DNA from: Bugula neritina
Lineage: Eukaryota > Animalia > Bryozoa
Length of the DNA: 64,000 nucleotides
Reading direction: 5' to 3'
NCBI GenBank assembly: GCA_964035545.1
Contig: OZ037773.1
Location: 5,547,751-5,611,750, forward strand
Shown piece after piece: positions 40,570 to 59,146 of the stretch. The first letter of the stretch is position 1. Each line of letters opens with the position of its first letter. The translations under genes were made by a program, and so were the position numbers. The notes under the pieces were generated by a model that saw nothing but the letters and a program-made list of their open reading frames with translations, searched no databases and was not told where the DNA came from.

Positions 40570-43500
40570 ATGACTGTCAGCATTATTGGTGAATACCTTT
40601 ACCCTCTCCTGCTGCCGATTGTATTGTGGCTATTTGCTATCTCTCTCTGGACATATTACAACAACAGTCTGAAGGACAGGAACAGCAGTTGTCCCCTCCC
40701 TCCGGGAAACTATGGCCTGCCGTTTGTGGGAGAGACTCTGCACATGGTCTTTCAGGTACGTCAAAGTAAATCTTTACAAGCAACAAAGAAACTCTTTTCT
40801 CTCTTCTAAAAATTGTTATTATATAAAAATTTCATAAGGCAATAATTAAACTAAAGTTACTGGGAGCTGGTGTGATGTATTGGGTTTTCTTAACCAAGAC
40901 ACTGCACTATCTAGTTTTTATAGTACTGGTATGTGCAAGACTTTAACTCGCGCTTTTGCTGTTGCATTTAACATATAGTTGATCATAGAGTCTTCTGTTT
41001 TATTGCAAAAGCTTTTAATGTAGCAGAAGTACAAAATCTGTAAAAGATAGCTGAGATCAGTGACTTCTGGTTGTTTTATTTACTGCATGTCTACTTAATG
41101 TAGGTATAAATACATTTAGGTGTAGTAGTGGAGAAATTCTAATAGCCTAAGCTCTTTAATTTTCTGAATAAATTCCGGTTTGGGTGGAGGGTTTAAATTC
41201 TATAGAGAACAGATTTAGAATTTATCAATCTACAGCACAGGCTTTTCTCAATTTCTTCATTACCTCTATAAGTATTATAGAGAGATCCAGCATAGCCAAA
41301 TTAATGCAGCTTCTCATAGATGCAATATCAAAATATTGTAAAGTTTTTGATTTGTTTGGGTTTGAAGTTTAGTCATATTAGACTAGACATTGCACAGAGT
41401 ATAAACAATCTAAACTCAATGTCTTGTCTTTAGAGGTCAAATGTTACAGCAGCGCTGTGCACGTTCAAATCTTTCATCTGCATGCATTAGAAAGCAGCAG
41501 TTTTGTGACAGCTTTTCTTATCAGATCTCACCTTAGCTGTTTACCTAATGGGAAACCAAATGTCAACAATTAGAGCTGTATTTTCTAGCAGATTATGCAT
41601 ATAGTGGTGAATTTACTGTATCCACTTGGACATCTCTACCAAAGCTTAACTTTAATTTTTTGCATTAAAGTTTTTGCATAGGATGTACTGTACCTCGTAG
41701 GTCTATAAGGATTACAAGCCTATGATATCAATAGTCTACAAAAATATATACTATTATTACCAACTAGTATATCTGGTCTGGAAATTGTATGGCTACTTTA
41801 TTACTATCTTTGAAGGGCTGGAAGTTTTATGAACAACGAAAGCAAAGTTATGGCCATCTTTATAAAACTCACCTAATGGGAAAGCCCACCATCCGAATAT
41901 GGGGCACGGAGAACATACAAAAGGTCAGTTTAAAGTTTTTCAACTTTTGTCATTAGCAAAGAAACATTCGATGTGCACATCTTATTGGATGTTTATTCAT
42001 GGGGGGCAATTCCTATTTCTGCTATAATATTAGTTCAGTAGTACTTGGCATGAAGGTTTGGAGATCGGATAAGATGTATGACTGACATCGTTTACAGAAC
42101 ATTTAGTAAGGTGGTTTGGTTCCTAAATAACTTTTATAGTGCATTGTTAGCTTGCTAGCCTACAAGTGGGAGGTCTGTGGTTTGATTCAAGGTGAGGGGT
42201 GGAAGATTTTACATTTAGTTCTACATGTCTGCCAAATTTCTATTTCTCAGTATAATTAGTATATATCAGTAGTAATTTATTCCTCCCCCCCCCTCATGCA
42301 GTCTTAGTTGTTAAGACTTTGGGCTAAATAAATATCACAGCTCATTCAGAATTTACAACTTCCAGCCTCTATTTTGTTCTCTCATTTCAAATATCCTAAC
42401 ATCTTAGTAACGCTACTATTCAACTTTTGAAATAGGAGCAATATATGCTTTTCTATATCACCAGTCAGCAAGTCTTGGATGCAAATAACAACATGTAAAC
42501 AACAATATGATCAGATATAGATTATATATATTACATACTCAGTGTTGTGAAAAGAGTTCATATAAACTATAGTTTCCTTATAACCAGCTTGGTTTCTAAA
42601 CTAATGTCATTGTTTAATGAGCACACAGCTGATGATCATATCAGAAATCTAAATTTCTCGACAGTTTCTATTGATTAAATTAAAATCAATTTTATTATGA
42701 TTATAGTTTAAAAGTTTTCATGACACATAAAGAAATTTATAAACAGTAGGAAATGTACATGGATTATTCCAAGGTTGATGGAAACAGCCATTTAAATTTT
42801 TGTCTGGCATAAGCTACACATATAAATGTCTTCAAAGTTGAGTGTTGAATGAAAACAACATAATCTCTCATTTCATGTTGAAATTTAAATCTTTTTCTCA
42901 TCTACTATCTTACATTTATTGCCTTTCAATCAAAATTTAATGCCACTTTAATTCTTCAAGCTGCATTTTAATGCGACATCTTTTGTCACAAAAGCAGTTA
43001 TATAGTGCAATAAAATTATTTTTCAGTTACTGAATGTAAATCAATCACATTGTTATGTAACATTTGGCAGGTGGCGCAGCTGTTATATAACATAAGGCTA
43101 ATCTAAAAATCCATAAATTCTCCATTAATCTGTCTTGACTGCCTTTTATTGCCGAGAGTTTGACATATTTGGGCGTCTGTGTGGTCCACAGTCTGCGAAG
43201 TTCTTGAATAACCAGTGAGTTAGAGACATTCCTGCCATGGTCTTTGAACATTGAGTAGCAGCTATAAGTGCAGTCAGCCAGGTTTCTGTCAAAAATATCA
43301 AAGAACTATTAAAATATGATTGCAAATGTTCAAAGAATAAATGCAGTTTTGTATATTTGCCTGCATGTGTGTCTGCAACTATTTATCTCAAGTGGAAGAA
43401 ACCTCAACCACAATTATAACAAAGATAATATCCAGACAGCTATTTCATGGCTGATGACTGTGTCAGAATGAACCTGTATGCTCTTTGGGTTTATCTAGTC

Positions 43501-46500
43501 TTTGGTATACTCTATTTATACATAGAACAGTGATGCACAAAATGCACAAAATAATATACAAGTATATTAGCTCTAGCTTAGGAGCTCTAACCATGTATAT
43601 CAATCTCCTGCAGTCAGTTCAATCAGTTTAGGTCTGCCAGTTATCCACAGTGAAAACATTTTATTACTTTATGATTTCCTTCTTGCTACATTTGCAGTTT
43701 GCAAGGTGTGATATGGTAGAACATTTGGTTTGTACATTTAGGTTGTCAATCAGGGCTGAATAAACGTTTTTACATTAATTTTAAATACGGTACACCTAAA
43801 GGTTTTAAATTGTTTCTAGAACTTACTGTGACCTTGTAATGTTTACAACGGTGCATCAAGGTTAAAAACTGAAAATGATAGTGGCGAAGTTTGCAAACAC
43901 CAATAGTGCAAGTTGCATTAAATTTCTACCTAGTAACTATTATTTTCTCAGTTTTTTACATGAATTGATTGGCCTGTTTTTAAATATCAAACTGCTGCAC
44001 TTCACCTGGAAAACTTTCACTGTATAATATAACACGTGCAGATAACTCTATACTAAGCAAATTTTACACCCTAACCTGAGAGTATTGTGCACTAAATGTT
44101 TGTTGCTCAAATTGGTGAAAATTGAGAGTATACCAATCATTTTTAGTTGGTGCATTTTTGAAAAAAAAATTAAAATATTCTTAGGTAATAAATAGTAAAT
44201 TAAGCATAGACTTTGTTACTTTGAATAAAACCCCACACTAACACAATTACGTTTGAAAGTAACTCGTATTGGTAGAGAGGCTGTAAAAGCTGTTTTAAAG
44301 CAAGCAAAGTTTTGCAGAATCATAATAAAATAGAACGTAGAAAGTGACTCCAATCTCAGGCCTGGTGTCCTTGTATTTTTCACGCATGAATGAGCTTACT
44401 GGCATTTGTCATATGTAATCTTTTAATAACTGAGGTAAAAAACACTAGAATAAAAATGCTTTAAGTAATGGCACCGAACTGTTAACAACAACTACATAAT
44501 ATATCTCACATGGCCATATGAACAACCACAGCACTTCTGCACACCACAGCCTTACAGCATTACTTAACATTTGCACTTGACACGGACTAATAGAAAGCCG
44601 ACTTTGCCTACTAAAATGTCATGTACTTCACTAGGTCTATAAGTCCTCACCTCACTCTTACCTTGAAATACCAGGGGCTGCAGTTTTTCTAATCCCAACT
44701 TCATAAACTCACTAACCTTCAAAAGAAAGATATATCTTTTAAAAAGCTCTTGCTTTGATCAGCTGTCTAACATAAAAGCCATATTCATAATATGATATCT
44801 TTTAACTAGTCAAATTTAGAGCATGCCCTATTATTTTTATTTCAGCATTGCACTTCTGCCACGTCCTCAGGTGATAGTAGGATAACAAAATTTCTTGAAA
44901 TGCAAATAATAAAAGCCAGTAAAATAATTTATCGACTCCATAGTTGAATGTCTGTATATCCATAATTTTATTTCTTCTCAACTTTAGTAATTTTAGAGTA
45001 AGAAAGTATATAAAATCTGTGTTTTGGAGAAATATTTTGAGGAAAAAACTTGTTTAACAATGGAAACCTTTTTACTAGAAGTTGTACATCAGCTAAAAAA
45101 TAGCCATGCTGTTATTGTAACTGCACCACAAATTTTAAGTTAGTTCACCAGCAAATGCAACTGACGGACCAAATTAATATGCATGTTCATTGTCCACTAT
45201 TTATCACTTATAGCTTGTTACAATATCGAATAACATTGCAAGCAGTTTTTCTACGTTGTTTCAGAAGAAAAGATTTAAACCATTTCTATAAATTTATAAT
45301 TTACTGCCTTCTGCAGTGAATTTGTGAAAATACCAGAATTTGTCTGTAACAATTGAACAACCCATGGATTAATGAAGCCCCCACAAGACAATAAGCTGAG
45401 TTAATTATCAGACTAAATGGTCAATTAAAGTTCACTTGACCATTGAGTTGATTAAGCCTTTGTGGGGCTAACTTCACATATAATAGATGGCAGACAGAGC
45501 TCAGTTCCCAAACATTCTTTCATTCAACTTTGCTGTATGAGAATCTTATGCAAATACCTTGGAGACAAACATGGTCAAATGCTGATAAAGTCTACAACAA
45601 CTACTACTAGTGCTCTTATTTCATCTCTAGCTACCAAGCAATGCTGGAGCTACATTGTAAAGTGAAAATATTCCTCAAAATCCTAAGGTTTTCTGAAATA
45701 TTGCATGAAGATACTTTCTAATAAGAGTTAGCTTAGACAAGTTGAAGCATCACAAGCATGTACTAGTGAAGCTTGCTAAGGCAATAGGTAGTAGTAATCA
45801 TGTCAAAATAAGGAATTATTATCTTCAGGGTGCCATTTTCCAGATGCAGTTTCTAATCAATTATATGCCAATCTCCACAACAGCAGTTATTTGTAATTAC
45901 ATGTTTATTAATGCTTTCCTATACGATGTAATTCTTAATAACTCTGGTTTATAACTTAAACATGTCATTTTAACCCTGTCATAGGCTTTGAATTTCACGC
46001 GGTTTATAATTCCACAATATATATTTCACTTAAGCGTTCACTAAGCTCATATTGAGTATATATGATGTTGCAAAGCATTAAGTTATAGCCTATAGCTGAT
46101 TGAGGTGATAAAAATTCTTGGTAACTGTTCGTAATAATATGTGATTTTCAAATATACTCAACGTATACAAACATTCATTAAAATGTATAAACAAATGTAT
46201 TCGTAAAAAAGATTTCAATGGCTACTATCTCATAGTATGCATATAATTGGGCTCTATAAATGGGCTTCGTTTGCCAATTATTACAGTGCTGTAGGCCAAA
46301 ATTTATTAGCAGATTTTATGCCAAGGTGTAGCAATAACCAGTGCATAAATTAAGTCCAAGCATTTATAATAAATCACCAGTTGTTACGTATTGTGGGAGA
46401 AGAGTGACAGAGATTTGGAACCGTAAGGATCTGATCCTATTCAACCTATCTGCCTAATAAATTCCAACAAAATACATAACGCTATTATGATTAATTATCC

Positions 46501-49500
46501 TAGACTTTATAGGACTGGTTACATAATCTTTAATGCTACTAAAGGAAAAGATGAATAGAGACTTTTGAAAGTTTGTTGACGATAAATAATGAGTCTGCGT
46601 GTCTAGTCTGCTATCATTTAGATATAAAGACCTTAGCAGCTCAATTGTGACAATACCTGACAACTTTCCAAAATTTAATCTTATAGATCTGCTGATTTCT
46701 AGCTTAATATTTGCAACTTAACTCAGTTTCTACTGTATCAAAGCATCGAATCACTTTAAATGCAATTATACTTACCTGCGGAGTGACATAAACAAGGAGG
46801 GTTCATTCCGAACAAACTATTTTGATGAGAGGATGTAGATGTTTAGTTCTTTCTCAAGCCGGCTCACTAAATTAGAAAATTCAACTTTTATTTAGACTTA
46901 ATTCAATACTTGAATTTTTTAAAATTTTTATTTACAGTTGATAAGTTTCGGGGCTGTCACTGCATCAGCATTCAATATGCTTCCCTTTCCTCATTGAGCA
47001 GCAATCTACCTGGTTGTTAGCTCGCAGGCTCTGTGCATAATAGCAGTAAATTGCTAGCGGTGTACGTTAATAACCATTCACTCATCTACTCACTCATTCA
47101 CTAACTCAATCACTCAGTCACTTATTTACTCGCTCAATCATTCCATCTTCTACTTACTCATGCACACGACCCCTCAGTTACCTAACCATTCACTCAATCA
47201 CTCCATCTTTTACTCACCAACTCAACCACTCAGTCTTTCACTCATTCACTCATTCCCTTACTCACCTACTCATTCACTCATACATCAATTCAGACAGCTC
47301 CTTGATTACTCACAGCAAGCTAAGCACCTAATCACATATATTATGCAGGTTTAGCTTAGGTTTCTAACTTAGAGTTAAGAGTCCAGACATATCAGTTTTA
47401 AGTGGTAAGCAAACATCTTATTTTGGTACAATTGGCTACTACAGCTCAGAATATACAGTATAGGAGTATGCAGAATATGATAACAGGATACAAAATATAA
47501 TAATATAATAAAACAATATACAAGATATGATAATATAATATTATACTAACAATATCCAAAGTATACTAACAGAATACAGAATATACAGTTATTGTACAGC
47601 TATTCCCACTGCAGCCATCACATTATAATGTGTTTTTCCTTTTCAGATATTCCAGTATGAGAACTTGTCATTGACTATGTCCTGGCCAACATCAGTAAGG
47701 AACATTGTCGGGAGTAAAACTCTGTCGTCAGCTGTCGGTGGTCAGCATAGCACCAGACGAGCTCTCATGTCTCGAGCATTCACAAACAGAGCAATTCAAA
47801 GTGAGGACAGCAAACAATAGTTTACTAACTTACAATTTAATTTTTTCAAGTTATCTAACTTTTTAAAATAAAACCTTTATGGTGGGAAATATAAGGCTAT
47901 AGCACAATAGCAGATTGTTTCAATAGTTTAAGTTCTTTCACTATGTCTGTAAATTTTAGTTTAGCGTGTGTGTAAAAATCTTGTAAATATCCTGTGTTGA
48001 AATAAGAGAATTTTGGAGATTTGTCCCCCCTCTAGCTACTAGCACACATGGCAGATGCTTTTCTCTGCCATGAGCAGTTCGGTCAGCTAATATGGCTTTC
48101 CTTTCCTCCTCCTGAAAACTTGTATTTTATTTAAAATAGGTTTCTCCTACACACCAGCTTTGTAAAGCAATATGTGCAGGATATTATAATTCTAAATTTC
48201 AAAGTTGACCTCGTATAGCACCGGGATGTCCTGTTCAAACCTGCGCTAAATTATATCTTTGCGTGATTTTGTATATCATTATTATAGTATGACACTCAAG
48301 AGTTGAACACTGGTTGTTACGCAACCAGATGCAACGTAATCAATAACATTGTTGTGTGCAAACAGTTTTGGAGGGTAGATTTCAGCTTAAGTAGTATCTC
48401 GGTGCTGATTTTAGCGTACACCATTAGAACAGAGGAGATAACTGCCAATTGGATTGCAAAGTGCTGCGATGAAAACTATGTGATACAAGCTGTTCCGGAA
48501 ACCAGAATACTGGCATTTAAGGTAATTTATAAGCTTATAGTATAGTTGCCCTTAAAATTACAATAATTATCAGCCCACAACGTTTAACTACAAATACTTG
48601 CTGATGCTTTGACAAAGTATATTACTGCTGTTAACAAGACACGTAGATCTAACTTTACTGTATTTTCTTGGTCACAAAACTTAGTTCACAAACCAGAAAA
48701 AACTAATAGACTTATTTTAAAAACTTAGTGAAGTTTGACTATTAATATTGACTGTAATTATTATTGAGTTTTGTTATTTTATTCTAATAGATTGCTCACA
48801 GGGAAAGCTGACAAAAGTATTAAGGCATAGAATAAACAATTGAGGGTTAAAGGTTTTTAAGTGTACAATAATGGAATAAAAAAAATAGAAAGCATTAGCA
48901 ATACTCTCATTAGATTAATTTTTAACCAGCAATAGGTAAGAAATTAGGGTACTGCAAACTCAACATTAATATTATATTTTGTGTTAATGATTTTTTATCA
49001 TATTTTATTTTCATTTAGCCAAATGCAATTAATGCTTGTAAAAAATTGGTAAACTTAGAAAAGATGTGTTGAATTTACTATTGTACTTTTTAGATATCAG
49101 CTGCGATTCTCCTAGGAGTGGAATGCTCAGCTGAGCACATGACCAAATTGATGTCTAACATAAACATTATGATAGCCAACTTATTCACTCTTGCTATAGA
49201 TGTCCCTGGAACCGGGTATCACAAGGTAAATGTTTCAGTCAAACTGCAAGTCATAGTGATTGTGTGTCTATTAACAATTTACTATAGCAGTCACATATAA
49301 TCAAACATTTAAAATTAAAATGCAAGTTATGCTAAGTAATTTTGAAATTTTGACCATGTTAAAGCATCCTAAATATTTCTCAACACCCACTCATTTTTTA
49401 TTCAGTTTCATAAACACATATTTTAATCGCAAATGGATACTCTAGTTTTAAGACGACTTTAAAATAGGTGTGAGGTGCAGAGTGCAATGTTTTTATTTTA

Positions 49501-52500
49501 GGCACCACCCTGAATATAAACTAAATGTTAGGCTAGCGTTTATATTCCTAAATTCACAAAAAATTGACAAAATCGCAGTATGGTATTTTTCATTGCAAGA
49601 TTCAATTTACATAAAGCGCATGAATTAAAGGTGATAGTGTGGCCAAGTTAATAAAATGCTTCACACAATTAAGCAATAGATATTTAAAATATATACTGCA
49701 TTTTAAAATTTTGGCTAAAACTTTAGAAATATTTATATAAGCTTCATCATATTATATGTGTGTGCATAGATGCATAAAATTCTAAAAATATTAAGCTGGG
49801 TAACCAAAGTTCAAATATCTTCTGCATATCAGATCCAACAAACATAAATTTTTTAAAAGGTGGCCAAACTACGTTCTAACTATTAAATGCATTTATTATT
49901 AAGAGTACTCTGCTCTTTGTCATTTAAGCGCTATGCGTACTGTATGCACTAGACCAATTAATAATAATCGAAAAAAGTTCAGGTGAAGGCAAAATAGTGT
50001 CATCTTTCAGGAAACTGTTTAGGAAAAAAAGGCAAATTTGATATATTGCAGATTTGAATTTCCTCTACGAAGGAATTAAGTATATAAAAAGTTTGAGATC
50101 AGCTTTCAATAAGACTGTATGAAGTTTACTATTGTAATGATGAGCTTGTAAGTTCTATTGTGTAGTAGCTCTAGTATAAGAAAGAAAAGGATGCGTAAGT
50201 GTTAAATGTATGCCTGTTCATTAAATGCCATAGGTGCCTGGAAAATATTTTGTTAGGAGAGGAAGGGGTGTCATAGCAGGCCTTTGGTCAAGGTAACCAT
50301 AGCCTTAGGGTATGAGGTAACATCCTTACTAGCTTTGGCAACATCCAAAATGCTTGTTTTAAGCCTTACTTCATTTATCTTCATCTGTACTCGAAAGTTA
50401 TAAGATGGATGATGGTTATGACGGAAAAATGCATAAAGTTTAGAATGAGACCTTTAGAAAATGTACTGAACAGTGACAAATATATTTTACTTTCTTCTGA
50501 TTTCAGGCTATTGCTGCCAGAAAAGAAGTGCTTTCAATCATTCGAGAAATAATAAAAAAGAAAAGGACTTACGAGGAAAAAGGGGAGTGTTTAGACATCC
50601 TGTCACATTTGTTGGTACAATGTGAAAACGGCCACCTGACCCATGCTGAAGTAGAAGATGGCATCATCGAAAACTTTTTCTCTTCAGTAAACGGTGAGCG
50701 AAGCTTTTCTGTGTGTTGATTTGTAGACTGGGAGTATAGGAGGAGTATAGGAGTTGTCTAAACTTAGCTAGTCATTGTTACTATAGAATGGTAGTTGAAT
50801 GACAAAATAGCTTTTCATTTTTTAGTTTTATGGTTTATTTAAAGTTTGTCAAAAAGGATTTTGGAGTGTCTTTGAAAGGCTTTGAACGACTTTCAGTATT
50901 ATATAGCAGGATTATTGTATACTAAGAAAGGCTTTTAAAAAGGTGCTTATAGGACCTTTGCATGCCCTTAAAATTTAACAAAATAATAATCTTGAGCTCA
51001 TAATTTGTAATTTAAACATAAAAAGTTGGAAGACAATCCATCTTTTTGCTTGCAGACAGTTTTATATAAATTATATATTTTTTGTGTGTCAAATAAGGGG
51101 CATCGCTGTTACAGCTCCTGAATATGTAAATAGACCAGCTCTACAGTTTTTATTTATACCACATATTAGCATTTAACTATTTAGCTAGCGATATATAGTG
51201 TTTAGGTTCTATAAAACGTACCAGAGTTAGAACATATTATGTTTGAATAGAAAATAATACACATTATAAATACTTGTAATATCTGCTAAAAATATATAAA
51301 GTCTTCCATCACAAAGCATTTTCAGATATTTCATAAGTGTTTATTTTTGCCACAAAAATGTTTTAATTATCAACTATTTCAATCCAAACTTTAATAATTT
51401 TGTGAGATTTAAAAGTCTTGAATAATATTTTGTAAGAAAACTTGCGTGAACAGAGACTTAAATAGCAGTATATAATTATAAAGAGTTGTATGCTAGACTT
51501 GACAGGCAATACGCCACATTATATGATTAGTAGGCAATCCATAAATAAAAAAAAGGTTTTAATTTTGATGAGGAAAAAACAGTAGATTGCTAAATATCAC
51601 TTTTTTTAAAAATGTATCACCAATTTTAGCCAATTCTCAAGTGCATTGACCGAAAACTGTTGATCTTCGCAATATGAATATTTCTATATGCAATATCTAG
51701 GCACTGGCTACACATTCCTGCAGGTGCTTGCTAACCTCCGGCGCTTTAAAATGTTTTGTTATGTTGGCATATTAGGCATGATTGTTTGATAGCTTGACAA
51801 AATCTCCTAAAGCAGTTGCCAACACAGCTCTATTAGAATTATGTTTCGTGCACCTTGTGAATCTGTAGATCAGTGTATTTTGTTTGCCATTGTATACAAG
51901 TATTACATGTAAACTCTTTACTAATTCAGTTAAAGCATGGTGTTAATATATGGATTTCAATTGTTTGTTATGTTGACATGACATCAGCGGCCATTTTGAA
52001 ATGTAAATTACACAACAAGCTGTATTATTTATAGAACAATTTGCATACTATAGCATTACCTATATTTTAGTTTGTATATGACCATTACAGCCAAGCATTG
52101 GTGAAACAATCATATAAAATATATGCAAATTGGCTGAGGGTTGTGTCAACCCTTTCACTTATTTCAGGTGTTACAATGTGTGACAAAATTTTGTTGGTGT
52201 AGTAATGTGGGAGTCAGTGTTATTAATATAGGAGAAAGCGCTTTCGTCAGCGATACAGGCTTATGTAAAAGTGAATAATTATTAAATCAAACTTTTCTAC
52301 TAGACTTTCAATCAAAATTATTTGACGGACATGAGTTTTCTTGACGGAATAAATATTTCTGTTGGTTTATATATTTACTAAATATTTTGTTCACCTGAGT
52401 ACATAAATAGCATTTAGTAATTTTAAATTTAAGCATTATTTACTCTAAGAACAAGGAACCTGGTGGTTAGAACTAGTCTAATGGTTAGAACGCTGGTTTA

Positions 52501-54513
52501 ATAAACACGAGGTCAGTGGTTTGATGCTCAAGAAAGGTCATTACCGCAATAGAAAACAATTATCTAGCTTGTTTGAGAAAAAACTTTTTATCAGGAGTTC
52601 TTACAGAGATGGCAACTTTAAAAACAAGCGTAAATTCTGTTTACTCTGATAACTGAAAAGACTAACACGCTATGACCATGATAACTAACCATGCAGGCTA
52701 ACGTTAAATGGCACACATATAGAGGGTAGGCCTATATATTTGTATTGCAAGGCTATCATTTATTAAGTGAACTTTTTTTTATAATTGAACCATTGTTGTA
52801 TAAACAAGCAATAAAATACTGCCATGTTTAATTATTAGCATTAACCACTGAGTGCTTAAACTTTACTCGACCCTGATATTATTGTAATTAAGTCAAGACA
52901 AATGATATCCAAAGGTGAACTAAAATTTCTGGGGAATTTCAATCATGATTTTTTATGTTTAAATAGTTTTTTATAAGCAAAAAATAGATAATTAATTTCG
53001 GCTAGATTCTACAGCAGTCAAAGATTTCAGAACATTAGTTGTAGGAATATAACCTTGAAACTAGAAAAAGTAATTTCTATTAAAAATTCTTACACATTTT
53101 TTGACAGATTGATGTGCAATTTTCAAAATTTGCATCTTAATTCTGGTTTGAATGCCACATAATGCAAAACAAAACTTTACAATTAATGTGTTGGCATTGC
53201 CTATCTAAGTTATTTAAATCCGGCTCAGTCACGCATATTTTATTTGGTGTAACCAGCTATAAACTGACCTTGGAATGGTGAACCCATCAAATATGAATTA
53301 AGGGTGTGATAATTAAAATTTAAGCCAGTTTAATGACTTGTTGACCTTTTCACCTTTTGTAGGAATTCCTAGCCTCTGCTGTTCAACACTGGTTCACTTA
53401 GCTAAGAACCCTCAAGTCGTGGAGAAACTCCACCAAGAACTGAAGCAAGCTGAGTTGTTAGAAAGTGATGCAAGCCTTACGATGGATAATTTAAAGGAGT
53501 TGCCTTACCTCACCCAAGTGTGGAAAGAAATTATCAGAATCGCTGCACCATTTGGCGGCGGTTTTCGACGTGTCACGAAAACTTTTGAACTTGAGGTAGC
53601 AAATCACAATTAAAATTGTATTGTAATTTTTTTTTTCAAAGATAAAGAATAATTGTTTTATTTAATTTACTTACAGCAAGGGACACTTGTTTATGCTAAC
53701 CAAACATAAGTAACATGATCAATAGTCGATAATTGTAAGAAATTATGTAATATAATTATAGCGCTATTAAAAATTTAAGTATTCAACCAATGTTATCAAT
53801 ACTATTATAGTATTATAAGAATTTAAATATTTTTTTTTGTAAGTGGTAGTGTATATTATTATACGTATGTAGTTGCATATTACAGCAATTCTATCATAAT
53901 TATACTCTTATAACCGTATTGTACCAAGTAGGCTAGAACTTCTATTAAAGGAGTCATAAACTTTATGCGTTGTGGTATCAGTTTGTTACATTATGTACAA
54001 TTATAATTATATATAATATACGGGATAATATATGATATACAGCATAATATATTATAGTATCCAGGAAAATCTATATATAAATCGTATAGCCTGGGAGATA
54101 GATATAGTATATTCATTGCAAAAAACATCATAAATTAATATTATCATGGTTATAAATTACTTTTTATGTTTATCTAGGGCTATCAAATACCAGCTGGCTG
54201 GACAGTCATATACAGCATCAGGGATAACCACGAGGCAGAGGAAAACTTTGATTCACACGCTGACTTCAACCCTGACAGGTGGTGCAACAACAAGTCCGAC
54301 AAATCTTGGGTGCCTTACGGAGGCAAAGGTATCCGCTCCTGCATTGCTAGAAACTACGTCTCTGCATTCCTTGCACAGTTTGTCGCTCTGCTTGTCAAAA
54401 ATAGCAAATGGGAACTACACGAAGCTAATCCAGAGTTTACCAGATTCCCGGTATTGCTGCCAAACTCTCAGCTGCCAGTTGTGTTTCATCATAGAAAGGC
54501 GCAAAACTGCTAA
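40570..54513 (+). CDS. CYP26: Cytochrome P450, CYP26-like (retinoic-acid hydroxylase family), 8 coding exons, ~480 aa
   Basis: Exons 40570-40755, 41816-41923, 47647-47800, 48415-48521, 49094-49225, 50507-50693, 53363-53595, 54178-54513. Motifs: N-terminal TM, CPLPPGNYGLPFVGETL, YGHLYKTHLMGKPTIRIWG and WPTSVRNIVG (both CYP26-type), K-helix EIIR, [38 protein letters not shown], heme loop PYGGKGIRSCIA. Subfamily call is by motif recognition, not phylogeny. Confidence 0.88.
47074..47285. repeat. Degenerate CACT/CATT low-complexity repeat
   Basis: Direct reading. Confidence 0.8.
52470..52625 (+). mobile_element. Degenerate, internally deleted copy of the same SINE family (CYP intron)
   Basis: gtctaatggttagaacgctgg...aaacacgaggtcagtggtttgat...aaaggtcatt...ttttatcaggagttcttacagagatggcaacttta matches the head and tail of the two full copies. 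Confidence 0.6.
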
Positions 54514-55497
54514 AGTAGCCACTCGTTTTTTTCATTGTTTTCAAACTTATTTATATAAATATTTATTTTGTTATTTGTTATCTTACCTACTTGTACACAA
54601 CTCTATATTTCTGTAAATAAATACTTATACGTACATTATTGCAAAATTTATTCGCCATGTTATGAATACACATTGTACTAACATTGGCTGAAGAAATTGT
54701 TTATATTTATCAATACTTCCAATGATTGAATTTCTGTCAAATATACCTAGACAACTACTTTCAATAATTTGTTCACCTCAATCCACTTAGACCAGCAAGT
54801 CAAGATATTAAGTTGAAATTTATATTTCATAATACAGAACAGTGCAAGATAACACAAAATTATTTCTGTTTCAAAATTTGAATAGATAGCGGAGTAAGAT
54901 GCTATTGATAACACATCTAAAAGAAACATAGTACGATGAATGTAGAGAAGCAACCTCTGCACAAATATAAACTGAAATTCATCTGCAAGGTTAGTCTACA
55001 GAAACCTTGAAATTTGGAGTTAATCTCTCGTTACTATACTACACAATAAATAGACAACTCCCAAACCAGAGAAAGATGCTACAAGTTTACACCACAAGTT
55101 AATTTGTTATCATTTGTTTATGACACACTTTGAAGCTAAAGAATTACTGGACTGAATGACAAATAATATATGTTTCATAATATTTACAGGTAGTGCTACA
55201 CAAAAAAGGTTAAAAAAAGAAATTATATTAACTGCTGTTTAACTAGCTGTTGAATTCGTTTACACGGTAAACTGATGGGATTAAATCTGATTTAGCTTTA
55301 ATGTTACTAAACAGTTGTAACTGCAGCAGATTCAGTGCAGTGATGTTCCATTACAGGAGTCGAACTTGGCACCCACTTCAACTATGAGAACATTAGAAAT
55401 TTCACGTTATACTTTATTCCAGCCACATTACAAGGTCCATAGCCTAAGGTGCTAGCCTCAATTCTTCTCAAGTCGGTTGGGTGGCAGGCTGTCACCA

Positions 55498-59136
<3,639 letters not shown>

Positions 59137-59146
<10 letters not shown>

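Noticed and set aside
42135-42210. tRNA-like head, possible second SINE family
   Set aside because: Too degenerate; no TSD or second copy found in the window.
54146-54616. 156-aa ORF
   Set aside because: Alternate frame overlapping the last CYP exon; no independent support.
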